Part shown: positions 1-13,399 of the stretch, piece after piece
Numbering within the stretch: position 1 is the first letter of the stretch
How the letters are laid out: each line of letters opens with the position of its first letter
Assembly: GCA_013239625.1 (NCBI GenBank)
Contig: MU053379.1
Location: 2,462,866-2,526,865 of the forward strand
Source of the DNA: Lama guanicoe
Lineage: Eukaryota
Direction: 5' to 3'
Length of the DNA stretch: 64,000 nt
Notes under the pieces: generated by a model
Told to the model about the DNA's origin: nothing
What the model saw: only the letters and a program-made list of their open reading frames with translations
Database searches by the model: none
Position numbers and translations under genes: made by a program

Positions 1-753
1 CGTTCAGCGTGGATGCTGAGCAGACAGGAAGCCAACAGGAAGGATGCTCCGGGCACAGGGGCAGGTGGGGGACCGGCCGGGTGGAAACAGGCTCTCTGCA
101 CTCAGTCGGCGCATCTCCCCACGTCTTTCTGCGGAGTCCACATTCTCCTCCTGCCGACTTTCCCACGCTGCACTGGGAGCCACTGGGGACCTCGTGTTGG
201 GTTGAACTGCGTGAAACTGGCTTTTCAGGAGGGGAGGGAAGGCCCACTGTCCGCGGTGTCTTGTGGTCCAGCCTAACGCGAGGGCCCTTTGGCATCATAC
301 AAAGCAGTCCGCCACGAATGCAGCGTGTGCTCCTGCGTCTACATATTTTAAATCTCCCTCCTGACCACTGGCTCAGGGTCTTCTGCTGTTCGCTTTCTTT
401 CTCAAGCTGTGAATTAAGCCAGTGTCAGATCTCGTTCCCACCCTTAACCAGGGATTTCTCAGCCGGGCGCTACAAGGGACTGAAAGATCAGAACAGGGCT
501 GAGCAGACTCCCTGCCTCTTGCATTGAATTAAAATACAGCAACCCAGTGCATACAGCTGTGCTCCCCACCGTCCAAATTCAGATCAGCCTCTTTCCCTGT
601 GCTCAGAGTCCTGGTGTCCTGACACTGGAGGTCCCTGCAAGCCGGAGCCCAGGGCGGCTCCCCCGCTCGACCTTTCCTGGCATCTCATGTGCTCACCTGT
701 GCCACCGTGTTTCCTCCTCTGACCTGTCCCTGCATCTCTCTTTCCACCTGCAG

Positions 754-1077
754 AACTACCTCCGGGTTGCATTCCAGGAGGTCAACAGTGGCTGCACAGG
801 AAAGACCCTGCTGGTGAGGCCTTATGTCACCACTGAGGACGTGTGTCAGCTCTGTGCCGAGAAGTTCAAGGTGGGGGACCCCGAGGCATACAGCCTCTTC
901 CTCTTCGTGGACGAAACATGGCAGCAGCTGGCAGAGGACACGTACCCTCAGAAAATCAAGGCTGAGCTGCACAGCCGACCACAGCCCCACGTCTTCCACT
1001 TTGTCTACAAGCGCGTCAGGAGAGACCCCTACGGCGTCATCTTCCGGAATGGGGAGGAAGAGCTCACCGCCTCCTAG
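754..1077 (+). CDS. RIN2: Ras and Rab interactor 2, last coding exon (Ras-association domain); gene begins upstream of the window
   Basis: Polypyrimidine tract and CAG acceptor at 751-753. Translates NYLRVAFQEVNSGCTGKTLLVRPY...GEEELTAS*, which matches the RIN2 C-terminal RA domain. Synteny with NAA20/CRNKL1. Confidence 0.95.
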   Translation, partial: NYLRVAFQEVNSGCTGKTLLVRPYVTTEDVCQLCAEKFKVGDPEAYSLFLFVDETWQQLAEDTYPQKIKAELHSRPQPHVFHFVYKRVRRDPYGVIFRNGEEELTAS

Positions 1078-2680
1078 GAGACACGCGGGATTTCCCAGCG
1101 GTGCATCCGAAAGGGGGTTGGGAACCTGGCCTTCTGACTGCCCCATGCTTGGGAAAACCACCTCCTTGGGGAGCCCTCGGTTCAGTGACTAAGCCATTCA
1201 CAGGCCGATTCGGCCAAGGGCACCTTTTGTCAGTCCCCCAAGCAGGGTAGTTGAGGTTCCTGAAACAGTAGGATCCGTCCTTCAGAGGTGGAGAATTGCA
1301 TTTGGCAGTTCAGGTGTCCCGAGATCACTGGCTGCCGACCCCAGCCGGGTTCCAGGTCGGCTCACGTGTGTGTGTGCGCGCACGGAATGGACACGTCCAG
1401 GGCAGGCGCTCCTCTGAGGGCAGCAGCAGGAGTTTGGGAGACCGTCCGACGCCGCACATCAGGGACTTCTCAGTTCTGTGGACACCTCTGTTCTTTCCTT
1501 TTTCCTTTTTTTTCTTTCTTTCTTTTTTTTTTTTTTACAAAGAGCCTTTGTGTTTTTATATATTTCATAGAAATTTTTATAGCAGTTGCAGGTAAACTGT
1601 CAGGGTTGGTTTTTAAAATATTTTTGTAACTTTAAGATATTCTATAATTATGCATGTGATTTTAACATTTAATATGCAAAAAAAAAAGGAATCTCTTGCT
1701 GGATTTGAGAGTATTGTGTCTTTAAAGTCTCTCTCCTGTAACTGGATGTTGCAGTCACTTTGTGGGGAGAGATGGCTGGGTTTCTTAAAGCGCTGTATGG
1801 CTGACACTGGCCACTGAATGCCTTTGGAAATCTGACGTTCTGTTGTTACCTTGTTCACGCTTCGTGGTGTTGCCCTGTTTTGTCTTTTAACCAAGTGGTG
1901 CTGAGGATCAGGAGAGAAATGAATGTAGAGAGAGGTCGAGAGGGAAATACAGACTAACAACGAACTAAGGCGTGGAGCCTGCTGGTCCAGGCTCCTGCAG
2001 GGAAGCGGGGCGAGGAGTAGAAGGAGCCACCTACGCTGAAGACACTGTAAAGACGCAGTGAGACCTGCAGAGTCTGTCCCGTGTTACTTGCTTCTGTAAG
2101 CAATTTTGAAAACCTCACGAGGGGAAAAAACATATAAGAGCAACACTTTTTTTATTACCCTTTTCCACATAAATCAAAACTACCAGCATCCAGTATGAGA
2201 GAGAAGATAAACGAACCGGTCCACCGGAGCCTCCTGCAGGGAGAAAAAAAAAAAAACTAACAGCATCAAATAATTTTGGGCAGAAACCAAGTCTTGTGTA
2301 ATGTGACTTTCACTGAGTTAAAGAAACACCATTTGGAAAGGAGTTTGCAGATGCACCAAAAGGCACATTTATGTTGTAAGAACGTGCAGTGAAGTTAAAT
2401 CTCTGTTTGGGGGCGCACAAAGGATGAGAGCCTTGTACCAATGTAATGGGTGGAAGTCACACAGACACGTTCCTGTGCTGTGGAAGGATGCCCAGGCGTC
2501 TCATGCGGTTGGTTTTGTACCCTTGTACTTTTTAAAGCTTTTGCTGTACACCTGGAACCCTCAGCACGTACCGTGCTGTTCTTCCTTTTGTAAATGATTT
2601 TTTAAATGGAATTTTGCACATAATACAGTGTAATACCGTACGATAATCATGTGTGAAAATAATTCTTGAAACCTTCTTAC
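1078..2680 (+). other. RIN2: RIN2 3'UTR (3' end approximate)
   Basis: Follows the stop codon and contains AU/U-rich blocks. No canonical AATAAA seen; variant AATACA at 2622-2627. Confidence 0.5.
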
Positions 2681-5219
2681 GTTGTCTTTTTCTTTTGAGA
2701 AGCAGGATGTAATTACGCTCCGCAGAACATTACGTAAACCCAAGAGCCAGGCCAGGGTTTGTGGTTAGGGGGTCCGAAGACAGAAGACAGAAAAGTTTAT
2801 GTTTTTCAGCTAGCCCCCGTTCGGGCAAGAGGCCAGAATCAAAGAGCAGGAGGGAAAGATCACATTCTGCCCTGAAAGGATTTCCAGTGTTGTCTAGGAC
2901 AGCCCTTGTCTTGGCTGGACCTAGAGAAAATCACAATTAATCAGAAGGGCCCTGCAGACAGCCCCGCCCTGGTCTTATGTAACCTCTGAAGTGCCCGGCT
3001 GAGAGCTCAGGGCTGTTTCAAAATCAAAACGGCAGAGGCTGCCTTCTTTCTGGTGCTCAGAGCCTTGCGCGGCAGATCGCAGCTGCTCGGTGGGCCCCTG
3101 TCGACTGAACGAACTTTCTAATCCATCAGTGGGGTGGATGCTTAGTGATCGGAACTATAGCCGGCTGGACTGCCTGCTTTTTAATATGTACAATGAGTTC
3201 AAAGTGACAATTCAGTCCCTGTAGTTATCCGCCCACTTTCCAAGTTAAGGTCATCACCCTGTCCTGTCCTTAGAAGTCAGTACACTGCTGATTCCCAGCA
3301 GGGCACAGCATCTGACAGGGGGCAGCCTGGGTCACCTTCAGGGGAATCAGAACAGGACAAGGTAGTGTGAGCAGAAGGGGACATCACAAGACGGGCCCTG
3401 GTTTTGTCCTGGGGCGACGTTTCCAGGCTGGAGTTTCAGCACAGCATGTGCCTTCACTTTTTCCCCCACGCAGACATTTCTCACTTCTCAAATTGCCAGG
3501 AAACAGATTTTGGTGCAGTTTGGGAGGAGAATAAAAATACACATGCCGGGTGGAGAGAGCGGAAAATGTATTTCCAAATCTAAAAATATGTTGCGAAAGT
3601 TGAATGCCGGCCAGAGGAAAGGAGATTTTTTTTTTTTTTAACGTTATAGGCACTGCCAAACAGCCTCCCTGGGGACACAGAACAGAAATAGAAACTGTTC
3701 GAGGAGTTCAGTGTCACGTGGAAGTTACGACGTTAGATCTGTAAGAAAACACTCGAGGCGGGAAAGCCGAGCGTGGACGCCTTCGCTCACAAGCGCGGCT
3801 CCACATCTGCTGGCAGCTCTCAGCTCCGCCTCCAGGAGGCCGGAGCTGGGGGAGGGCCCTGATCGTCAGCAGCCCTGCCTGCTGCCTCCCTGGGAGCCGG
3901 AGCCGAACGGTGAGGTCCGTGAGGCACAGGTGGTGTAGTTGCCTGCAGTGTCTGATGCTAAAATCCTAAAAATCATCATCTTTCAGGCCATATGCAGGAT
4001 GGTGAACTTGAGACCAAACGTGTTGTGGGTCATCTAGTTACCCCCGATCAAGCTGGAAATAGGGGGAAATTCATGCGACACTACGGAGTCATAAGCAGGC
4101 GCGAAGGAAAACGGAAGCCATGGAAGGAGGAAGATGTTTGGCGGAATAAGTTCTTATTTGAAAAAGATGATCCCCTTCCACATCAGAGGGTGAGCGACAG
4201 TTGGCAGAAGCTTTTCCCACAGGAACAGTGACTGTCAGGAGTGTATGCGTGGGAAGTTAAAAAAAGTTATTCCAAGGATTCTGGGCCAATTGGTTTAATA
4301 AGGTGGTAATCAGGGTCTGTCCTCAGACCCCCGCCCAACAGGACCATCTCCGGGGGCAGCTTGGATCAAAGCGAGGCAGTGGGGTGTCTTGTCTCCAGGC
4401 TTAGAAACTAACATTCCAGCGTGGAATTTGCCTGAATTCTGAAATTCTGTCCACCAGAGACAGAACTTAGAATTTCATCCTGTGAATGAATCTGAGTATT
4501 TCCTCCGAGCAAACGCAGGTGCACTGTCGCAGCCCTGGGAAGGGGGCTCAGGGCCCTGGAGAGGGAAGAGGCAATACTGGACTCAGCTCGGGGCTGTGGT
4601 TTTCTCCGGGTCTGCAGCTCCCAGCCCCCGCAGCCCTGGAGGAGGAGGCCCTGCCTTGGCGCCCTGGGGAAACATCACCTCGCACAACTGAAGGTATTTT
4701 CCCCTCATTTAGCTCCAGTCCTCCCTTCCTCCCACCCCACCCCCCACCGCCCTCGAATCTGGATGGCGACTGTTAGGTTTTAATGAGCTGAGCTCGGCTG
4801 GCTACAAGTCTTCTGGCCAAAAGGCGGGCTCTGACTGGCCGCCGCCTCCAACTGGAGACACCCGAGCCAGAACCAGGCCCCGTGCCCGACACTGCCCGCC
4901 CACCTTGTCTGTCCCCCCGCCCTGTCCTCTGTCCCCAGGCCTGGGTGTTCCTGGTCCGATTCGGGTCATGTTCTCAGCTGTGTTCGTGCCCAGAATCCGC
5001 ACTTGGGGCCTCGGCTGCCACTTGTACTAAAACTTCCAAGATGCTGCTGTGAAATCGGGGCTGAGAAATACCAGGAGAGATCGAGACGCAGGTCTGCAGA
5101 CAGAAACACACCTGGGAGAGGTAAGACCTTGAGTACAGCCACTAACACCTAATTCAATAGAGGTTCCTTATCTTACTTGACTGATTTCAATGAAAGACAC
5201 AGAAAATGTACTTGTAGCC

Positions 5220-5520
5220 TAGTGCTATTCCACGGACATAGGAAGCAAGCCACATAGATCATTTTAAATTTTCTAGTAGCCACATTAAAAAAAAAGGAAA
5301 AAGAAATGGGTGAAACCAAATGAGTGCTATATTATAATATTACTAATTACTAGTTATTTTATTTTAGTAATTGATTAGTAATATAATCATGGGGTAACCC
5401 CTGATACCCCAAATATAATGTCAACATTTAATCAATCTAAAATTATTAGCTGTATTTTACATTGTTTTGTTTTTTTACATTGTCTTCGAAATCATGTGTG
5501 TGCTGTGCCTTTGAGCACAC
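5220..5520. mobile_element. hAT-type DNA transposon relic (MER3/MER33-like)
   Basis: 'ttttaaattttctagtagccacattaaaaaa...' motif, related to copies at 12710, 42866 and 61570. Confidence 0.55.
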
Positions 5521-5699
5521 CACGTTTCCTACCGATACATAATCACACGCAGGACAGACATGCATCACCCATGAACTGAAAGAATGAAAAAACTGCAAAG
5601 AACAGTAAACTGCCAAAGGCTTTACCCAGTCAAAAGTAAATCCATGCGTCCTAGCTAGGACTTTGGAAAGCTCCTGCTTTTTACAAGCACATGGAAACG

Positions 5700-6150
5700 A
5701 GTGGGAAGCCCCATGAAAGGACCGGCAGGACCCCCAGACAGGGGCACTGCTTTCTCCCAGGTGCCATCCGGTTCCCTGGCCTGGCGGCGTTATCTTGCTT
5801 ATTCTGCTTGTGTAAAAGGGCTTGCTTCTAGGAGAACGGAACTTACCCCTAAGATTCTATTGGTTCCCAGAGCTCACTCCTGATAGGTCCATTTGTAACA
5901 CCTTATTTGCATATGACACGAACCTAGCTCACTCCTGATTGGTCCATTTCTTACACCCACTCTGTATATGATGTTGCAAAATCTTGACTAGTAGCCTATG
6001 AAAGTCTGTGTAAACCTATAGACGGGGTCCAGAGCTTAGAAGTGTTAACACCTCTGGGCCCGCCAGCATAGTAAACCTGAGTTCTCCAGCCCTCCGAGTG
6101 TCGGTTGGTCTCTTGCCAGGATCCAGGTTGCTGTAGCTCTTTGCTGTAAC
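5700..6150 (+). mobile_element. Probable ERV solo LTR
   Basis: Duplicated 'agctcactcctgat(a/t)ggtccattt' CCAAT-type blocks, AGTAAA polyA-like signal, ends in 'tgtaaca'. 5' boundary uncertain. Confidence 0.45.
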
Positions 6151-6224
6151 AGAAATACAATACTCGGCAAATTGCACAAGCTCATTTGCTCAAAAAGCAA
6201 AATGATTTTGCTGCTGAAAATGCC

Positions 6225-6355
6225 ATCCATGGACCAAGCATCACATCTCCTGGAAACTGGTCAGTCTGAGGCCCTTCCCAGACCTACTGACTCAGAACCT
6301 GCATTTAACAAGATCCCCAGGTGATCCACGTGCAAGTTACAGTTTGAGAAGTATT
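6225..6355 (+). mobile_element. MER5A-like hAT relic
   Basis: 'ccagacctactgactcagaacctgcatttaacaagatccccaggtgat...agtttgagaag' is the characteristic MER5A core. Confidence 0.7.
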
Positions 6356-6994
6356 AGTTCCAGGCGTATTTGGGTCAAGGGCATTTGTGCAGCCGTTACA
6401 ATTAAAGGTAGGCGTGCTGCTATTACAATTCTGGAAGAAAGGAGAAGAAAACAGCTTGTGATGCTTGGGGGAGGGGCGGGAGGCACAACCTCACTTAAAA
6501 CCGCCTGCGTTATCACAAAAGGCTGAAAATGCAGATGTCAGGAAATGCGTGTTTACTTCAGGGTTTTTACATTACATTCTTGCTTTTATAGGGAAAGGAG
6601 ACCTGAAAGGGTTGGGGTAAGACTCTGAAAATAGAGGTGGAGTTGAAGACAAAGTGAATGATTTTGCTGTCTTCTTTTACCTCCGATTCTGTGAGGGAAA
6701 ACAGAAGCTGAGTCAGAAGGTCTTTTTCTGTCTGGGCCAGCTGTCTCACGTGTGCACGTATGTGAGTGCAGGGACGTCACCGTGTAGTCTGGGTGATTAC
6801 TTAGTCACACTCCCTGCACGTGATGTAGGAAGTTTATGGGCTTTTTTATTTTTCTCCCTTGGACGGACAGCCAAGTTTCTCTTAAAAGCATTCCATTCCC
6901 TGAGAATCTATTACTTGTAGGACCATTTTGCTATTCAATTTTGAAAAACATGAAAGATAAATTTAATTAAAATGTATATGGTAGCCCTATTTTG

Positions 6995-7812
6995 CAGCCA
7001 ACAGGCACATGAAAAGATGCTCAACATCGCTAATTATTAGAGAAATGCAAATCAGTACCACAAGGAGCCATCACCTCACACCAGTCAGAACGGCCATCGT
7101 CAAAAAGTCTACAGATAATAAACACTGGAGAGGGTGTGGAGAAAAAGGCACCCTCCTGCACTGCTGGTGGGAATGCAGTTTGGTGCAGCCACTACGGAGG
7201 ACAGCAGAGGCTCTTTAAAAAACTGAAAATTGAGTTACCCTATGATCTAGCAATCCCACTCCTGAGCATATACCTGGAGAAAACTCTAATTCAAGAAGTT
7301 ACATGCACCCCAATGTTCATAGCAGCACTATTTACAACAGCCAAAACATGGAGGCAACCTAAATGTCCATCAGCAGATGAGTGGATAAAGAAGTTGTGTG
7401 TATATTATATGTATATGTATTCCAATATATGTGTTCCATTGTGTACGATGGAATACTACTCAGCCATAGAAAAGAATAAAATAGTGCCACTTGCAGCAAC
7501 ATGAATGGACCTAGAGATGATCATACTGAGTGAAGTAAGTCAGACAGAGAAAGGCAAATATCATATAATATCACTTACATGTGGAATCTAAAAAATGACA
7601 CAAATGAACTTATTTACTAAACAGAAACAGACTCACAGACAGAAAATAAACTTACAGTTACCAGAGGGGGAAGGGGCAGAGAGGGAGAAATTGGAGTTTG
7701 GGGTTAGAAGATACTAACTACTATATATAAAATAGATAAACAAGGTCCTACAGTAGAGCACAGGGAACTGTATTCAATAGCTTGTGATGGACTATAATGG
7801 GAAAAAAATGTA
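6995..7812 (+). mobile_element. LINE-1, 5'-truncated (ORF2 C-terminus + 3'UTR)
   Basis: ORFs [15 protein letters not shown]...LLHCWWEC and ELPYDLAIPLLSIY...PMFIAALFT...PKCPS are L1 ORF2 C-terminal peptides, frameshifted. Confidence 0.92.
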
Positions 7813-8669
7813 TTTGGTGACCAAGGAGGGAACGGTTTAAAACGTCTTTGGGAAAGCGAGTGGCACAGGGAAGGGCGGGGACCCTGCAGAGCCCTTCCAT
7901 TCCTCCAGGCAGTGATTCCAGAAAGTCCTGAGGCCGCCTGTGCCTTTCTCTGTGACCTTGGTTCATGCATCTGATCTGGCCTTTTTTTTTGCTGGGGTGG
8001 GGATTTGTTTTTACAAAATAAGCACAACACATAGTTTACAAAGTCAAGTATCTGAAGCAGCGATTCCTGTCCCCTCCCCCAGCCCCATTTCTGAAGCCTC
8101 CTCCCCTAAACAACTTCTCCAGCTCTGCCTTCCATGATTTATCTCTGTATTTCTAAAAGCACTCTTATACTGATGTTTATTGATTTCTTTTCCAATATTA
8201 GGCATTATTACTGAGTCCATATTATGGAAGGTGAGGATTTAAACTCCATATACTGTATTCTCTCCTCACCACATACCCATTCACATGCAATTTTTCTTCT
8301 CCAGTCTCCCCTGATAATTATATAACACTTTAGATAAATTCATGTTTTTTGTAATTATGACTGTGTAAATATTGTTCAGAGTTAAACTACAATGCAACTG
8401 TATTTCCTTTTTGTACAACTTTTTGTTTTTCTTGGAGTTAATAATTGCTTCCTTTTTTCTGGTTTGTTTGCTTTTAATGGACCTATGACTAATTCATCCT
8501 CAACCTCTATTCTGCAGCTGAGGAAGTCCTTTCAATATGACCTCATAATTCAGAATAATCTATCATTTCCTTTTTTTCTTTTTTCCCCCATTGAGCTGTC
8601 CTTCCCATTGGTGGCCAGGACTGCTACACAGCTGTCATCCTGGGAGTTCTCGCTACCATCCCCCAGAGC

Positions 8670-8845
8670 CAAATGTCCTGTATCCTATTTCCTGGATTCT
8701 TTTTGGAGAGAGGCAGACTTGAGGTTTGTTCCCCCATCTCCTTCCTTGTCTCCCTCGCAAATAAACCTCCTCTCTGCTGCAAACCTCGGCATCTCAGCGT
8801 TTGTCCTGCTTCACGTCAGGCAAGCAAACCTGGAGCAGGAACAAA
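8670..8845 (+). mobile_element. ERV LTR 3' fragment
   Basis: 'cctcgcaaataaacctcctctctgctgcaaacctcggcatctcagcgttt' resembles an LTR R/U5 region with AATAAA. Confidence 0.45.
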
Positions 8846-10559
8846 CCTACTAGATTGAGCTCCTATTTTTTTTTCAAGCTTTAATTCCTATTTCCTATCT
8901 CTTTGTCTTTTCCTTATACTTTCTGGGGCATTGGCTCAATTATTGAATTTTTTTATTTATAATAACGCATTTGCAATTTCCAAAAATTCTTTATTTCTGA
9001 ATGTGATGTTTGTAATATTTAGTTCTTTTTTTCCAATTTCTTATCTCTCTGTGGATATTAGTTCTAGCATTATCTTTTAAAAATTTTTTTAAAAAATTCT
9101 CTGTTCATCCCAGTTCTCTTTTCCTGTTTGTTTTATTCTGACCTTTGGGTTAGAGGCTCTAATCAAATGTTCTGTGGCTTTTAACTAGTCATAATTAAGT
9201 GTAAAGCACCACAAAGCTTGTTGGAAGCTGCATGTATTGGGCAGTTTGTAAACTGGTGGTCCTCCCTTTAGGGTGTCCATGTGGCAACATGGTCATTTTA
9301 TTGAAGGGCCGGGAAAATCTGTGAATATCTGTTGGCTTTTTCTCTTGGGACAGGAGGCTGCCCCATGAAAAGTTCTCCAATATCCTGCAGGTTTCAGGGT
9401 GGGCTTCAATCTAGCTGCCAGCATTCTGGGAACTGCGGAGGGCAGGGGTCTGGGGGGGGTCCTGTCTTTCTGTATGCCTGCTCTTACGTGACCCCAGTTT
9501 CCCACACAGTGTCTCACCCTCACCCTTTGCTGCCTGAAGTCAGGGACACAGCTTACCATGCCTCTCCGGGGAGTAAGGCTGGCCTGCTCTCCCTGCGGCC
9601 GGGCCTGGCTTGTCTGAACCCTGAGCCTCACCGGATTCTGCACCAGAATCTCTCACCTTCCCTTGGCTTTCCGTCCTAGAGTTGCTAACCTCTCGGCCTG
9701 CTGCTGCCTGCTCAGGGAGCTTACTGCATCCATGACTTGCTGTCAGGTCTCATTGGCTGTTGTCTCCTCCTCCATGCTCTTCGTTCTTATGGATTTACCC
9801 CTTAAAACCTTTTCAAAAAATTTTTTTCTTTAATTCTCATTTTAGTGAGGTGGTGGTGGGGAGCTTGTGTGTGCAGCCCAGCCCGCTGTGTTTAACTGAA
9901 AACTGTAGCCAGCTTTTAACACGAATGGTGAGAAGCTAGTCAACAAAACGAAAAATAACTGATTACATTGATGGCTGGAGTCATCTCTCCAGCCCAGTTC
10001 TTCTATAAAAATGTCAACTTTTTATCTGAACGCAAGTACCCATGCAAGCTGTTTCACTGACAGGCACGTTCCCAAGGTGTTATCAGAACATATGTTCACT
10101 GTGCACGTTTGTCTTTTCCACGTGATCTGAAGGAAAAAGAGCAACAACGGATGGAAAGGCCAGCTGTCTGCGCGCTGGGATGTGGAATTGTGCCATGAGA
10201 GCGTGGGTCCGTACTGTTTACAGAAGAGCACATGGTGTTTTGTCTCAATGAGCAGGAAAATGTTTTGTGATAAAATGTGGTAAAAAGCTTGTAGGTTTTT
10301 TTCCCTGCTAAGCAGTAAATGGAAGTACACAATGTAAAATGATAAATGAAAAGCTCTATGAGTCATCTTTAGTGTGGGGAAAATGTGCAGCCAGGACAGT
10401 TAAAACGGTAAAAATAAGATTGAATGTGCTGAGACAGAAATCAATACAGCGCATCCTAGGACCCCGAGTAACCGTGGGGCCCTGAGGGGTTTAATGCAGT
10501 TTGTGCTTTTTAAATAAAGTTATTGAGGTGGTGGGTTCAATGATGTAAACTATGGTGTT

Positions 10560-11010
10560 CTATTTTTTTTTCAGGCTTATTGAGGTATAAGTTACATACA
10601 GTAAAATTCACTCTTTTCCGTGTACATTCTATGAATTTTGACAGATCATTCAGTAATGGGGCCACGATCACAATCAGTCGTGTAAAACTCTTAGCTCCCT
10701 TCTGCTCCCTGACCCCCGTGCCTGGCAACCCCTGATCTGTTTTCTGTTCCTGTAATTCTTCCCTTTCCAGAATGTCATGTAAATGGAATCACACAGCATA
10801 CAGAATTTTGACTCTGGCTGAAATATTTGTGTACAGGTTTTTGTGTGAACGTAAGTTTTCATTTCTCCAGGATAAATGCCCAGGAGTGCAGCTGCTGGGT
10901 TCAGTGGTAGTTGCCTGTTTAGTTTTTAAAGAAACCACCAAACTGTTCTCCAGAGAGGCTGTAACATCTTATAGTCCCCCTGGCTGCCTGGGAGTGATTC
11001 AGCCGTGATG
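10560..11010 (-). mobile_element. Old L1 3'UTR fragment (antisense)
   Basis: 'ttattgaggtataagttacatacagtaaaattcac...cttttccagaatgtcatgtaaatggaatc'; reverse ORF MKTYVHTKTCTQIF is typical of L1M ends. Confidence 0.75.
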
Positions 11011-12707
11011 TTCTGTTTCTGTAAATTTCAGTGTTAAAGTGCTGAAATTGTCAGAGACTCACTGAGTTTAAAAGGTAGGTGCTGTTAAGGATGTTCTGTT
11101 TCTGGAAATGTTATGACTAGTCTCACTCCAATACAAAAACTAAGGCATCCGCAAAAGAGAAAACGAAAGGCATGCTGGCCTTACTCTTTTCCCCCAGAAA
11201 CTTTACAAACAGCGGAAAACAATGGAATAATGATGTTTATGCAGTTGGGGGAGGGGTGGGAAGGGGAGAGAACACGGGATCCACGAATATTGGGCCAATA
11301 TTCTAATCAGGCATCTCACAGACTAAGGAGCTCTGGGAACAAGGCACCAGCCCCCTGGGGCCCCTGGAAAACAAAGCAAAACAAAAATAAAACACTTTAT
11401 AATGAAATCCAGCCAACCCGTAAATGAATCAAAATGAAGACTGGAATGAGACAATTGTAATCAAAAAATGGCAGTGAGCGTTACATCCACTCAATTACAG
11501 ACATAAATCACAACTGCACAGTCGTAAAACAGGTGGATAGGTTAAGTTCTGAAAAGTAACAGTAATACAAGCAACAATCAAAAGCCAAGGACAGGGGAGA
11601 CCAAGGAACGTCGTTAATTACAAAAATGCAAATGCCCTATGTGGAAATTTGTAATAAAAAATGATCTCACGACTTTTATTAAGATGTTGAAGACATGCCT
11701 GCTATATATGACGTAATATAATATGTACCTTAAGCTTTAAAGGAACCCTTTGGGTACCCACATTTCTTTGGTGCTCAGTAATCTATTCAGTTTTACTTCA
11801 GTTCATTTGGAAATGACCAAAAAAAAAGAAAGAAAAGATGACTGGGTGTCCTGCCAGGAGGATACCCTTCCAGGTTAACTCTGTAAGCTGCCAAAAATAG
11901 CTAGTAATAAAAATGATTCTTGCTCATGGAAATACAAATGCATCACGCGTGTCCAGGAGACGCAACAGATTACTGCTCTGTGAATACTGACCAGCTGTAC
12001 ATCTGCCTGTAAATGCATTCCTGACTGCCTTGTGCAGTGTAAGTTCTTTCGGCTGGCTGTAATGTCCTACTGGTGTTTTCGTAATTAATGAGTTAAAACC
12101 CTTGTCATATGTTCATTTCGTATTGTGTGAGAATCACAATTTTACCTTTTCTAAAAATCACCTTTTAGCATTCATTTAATGAGGTACATTAGGTTTTGCT
12201 GATAGGAAGTTGCCCCTGAAATCTCTCCTGTGTAAACACCTGGTAGGCAGGTGAGCTCATGAGGTCACAGTCTGCCCTCCTGGAGTGTTTGCAGAAACTG
12301 TGGACCTGAGTTTGTACCCTGGGGACTGTCACATGTGTTTACCTTCACATGCCTGTGCTGCTGGGGTTTTGGAAAGGATGCCTGGAGCTGAGCGTGGACC
12401 TTGAGGTCCTTCTTGGGGGCTACCTCCTCCCTCAGTGGTCCCCTGTCTCTCCTCCTACTGTGCCTGGGTCACAAGTCCCGGCAGGGGCTGCTGAGATTCC
12501 TGTCCAGGAACTGAGTCTAGGAAAACTAGGGCCCCGGGCAGTTAGAGATATGAGGGTCCTGGAATTTAGACGTCTTGAGGAGTTAGGTGGGTTAGCCTGG
12601 CCTCTGGAACCTGTTCCCCAGGACAGACTAATTGCTCAGAGGCTGAGGGCAAAGAACCTCCCAGAGCTGCAGGACATGCACATTTCTTAGCCTCTGGAAC
12701 TGCACTG

Positions 12708-13270
12708 TCCAGTGTAGGGGCAGCCACTGCCCACGGGGCTGCCGACCACCAGACATGCGGCCAGTGCAACTGAAGAGTGGATTTTTTTTTAACTTATTTT
12801 TAAATTGAAGTACAGTCAGTTTACAATGTTGTGTGAATTTCTGGTCTATGAAGAACGGATTTTTAAACTTTATTTAACTAACTTAAATTTACATTTGAAA
12901 ACTGATATTCCTTTTGGTTATTTGAAAACATAGCAGGGTTGGAACTGTTTGGGTATGCAAATACACTTTCTTACCGTACATTTAATAAAATCTGAATACA
13001 GAAGAAGAATTTCCGATGACAATTTAGGGTTGAAATATGCTGCGAATATAGAATACACACTAGATTTCAAAGACTTAGTCCAAATTAAAAAAAGGAAAAC
13101 ATTTCATTAATAATTTTTTCTATTGATTACATGTGAAATGACATTTTTGAAATAATATATGTATATAATTGCAGTTAATTTCACCTTTCTTTTTATGTTT
13201 TTAAACGGGATGCTGGAAAATCTGGGCTCACACGCACGGCTGGCATCACTCGGATGGGCCACTCTGGACC
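12708..13270. mobile_element. hAT (MER/Charlie-like) relic containing a ~65-bp antisense L1 tail at 12781-12846
   Basis: Termini 'cactgtccagt...' and '...tttctggac'-like. The inserted piece is the reverse complement of the L1 tail seen at 28594-28630. Confidence 0.55.
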
Positions 13271-13399
13271 ACGAATTCTCCCTCTCCTCTCCACTTCCTT
13301 CCTCACCTGCCCGGGGCACCAGGTGGTCCTGAATCCTGCTTTCCTGCTTTGGTTTTCTAACCCTGGCAGTTTCTTGCCTCCTTCCTGGGGGTCACACTG

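Noticed and set aside
547..753. N-terminal 69 aa of the 176-aa ORF 547-1077
   Set aside because: Intronic read-through (pyrimidine tract). The RIN2 exon starts at 754 after CAG.
3992..4231. 79-aa ATG ORF with natural-looking composition (possible processed pseudogene)
   Set aside because: No family recognised, and no polyA tail or TSD seen. It would need BLAST to rescue.
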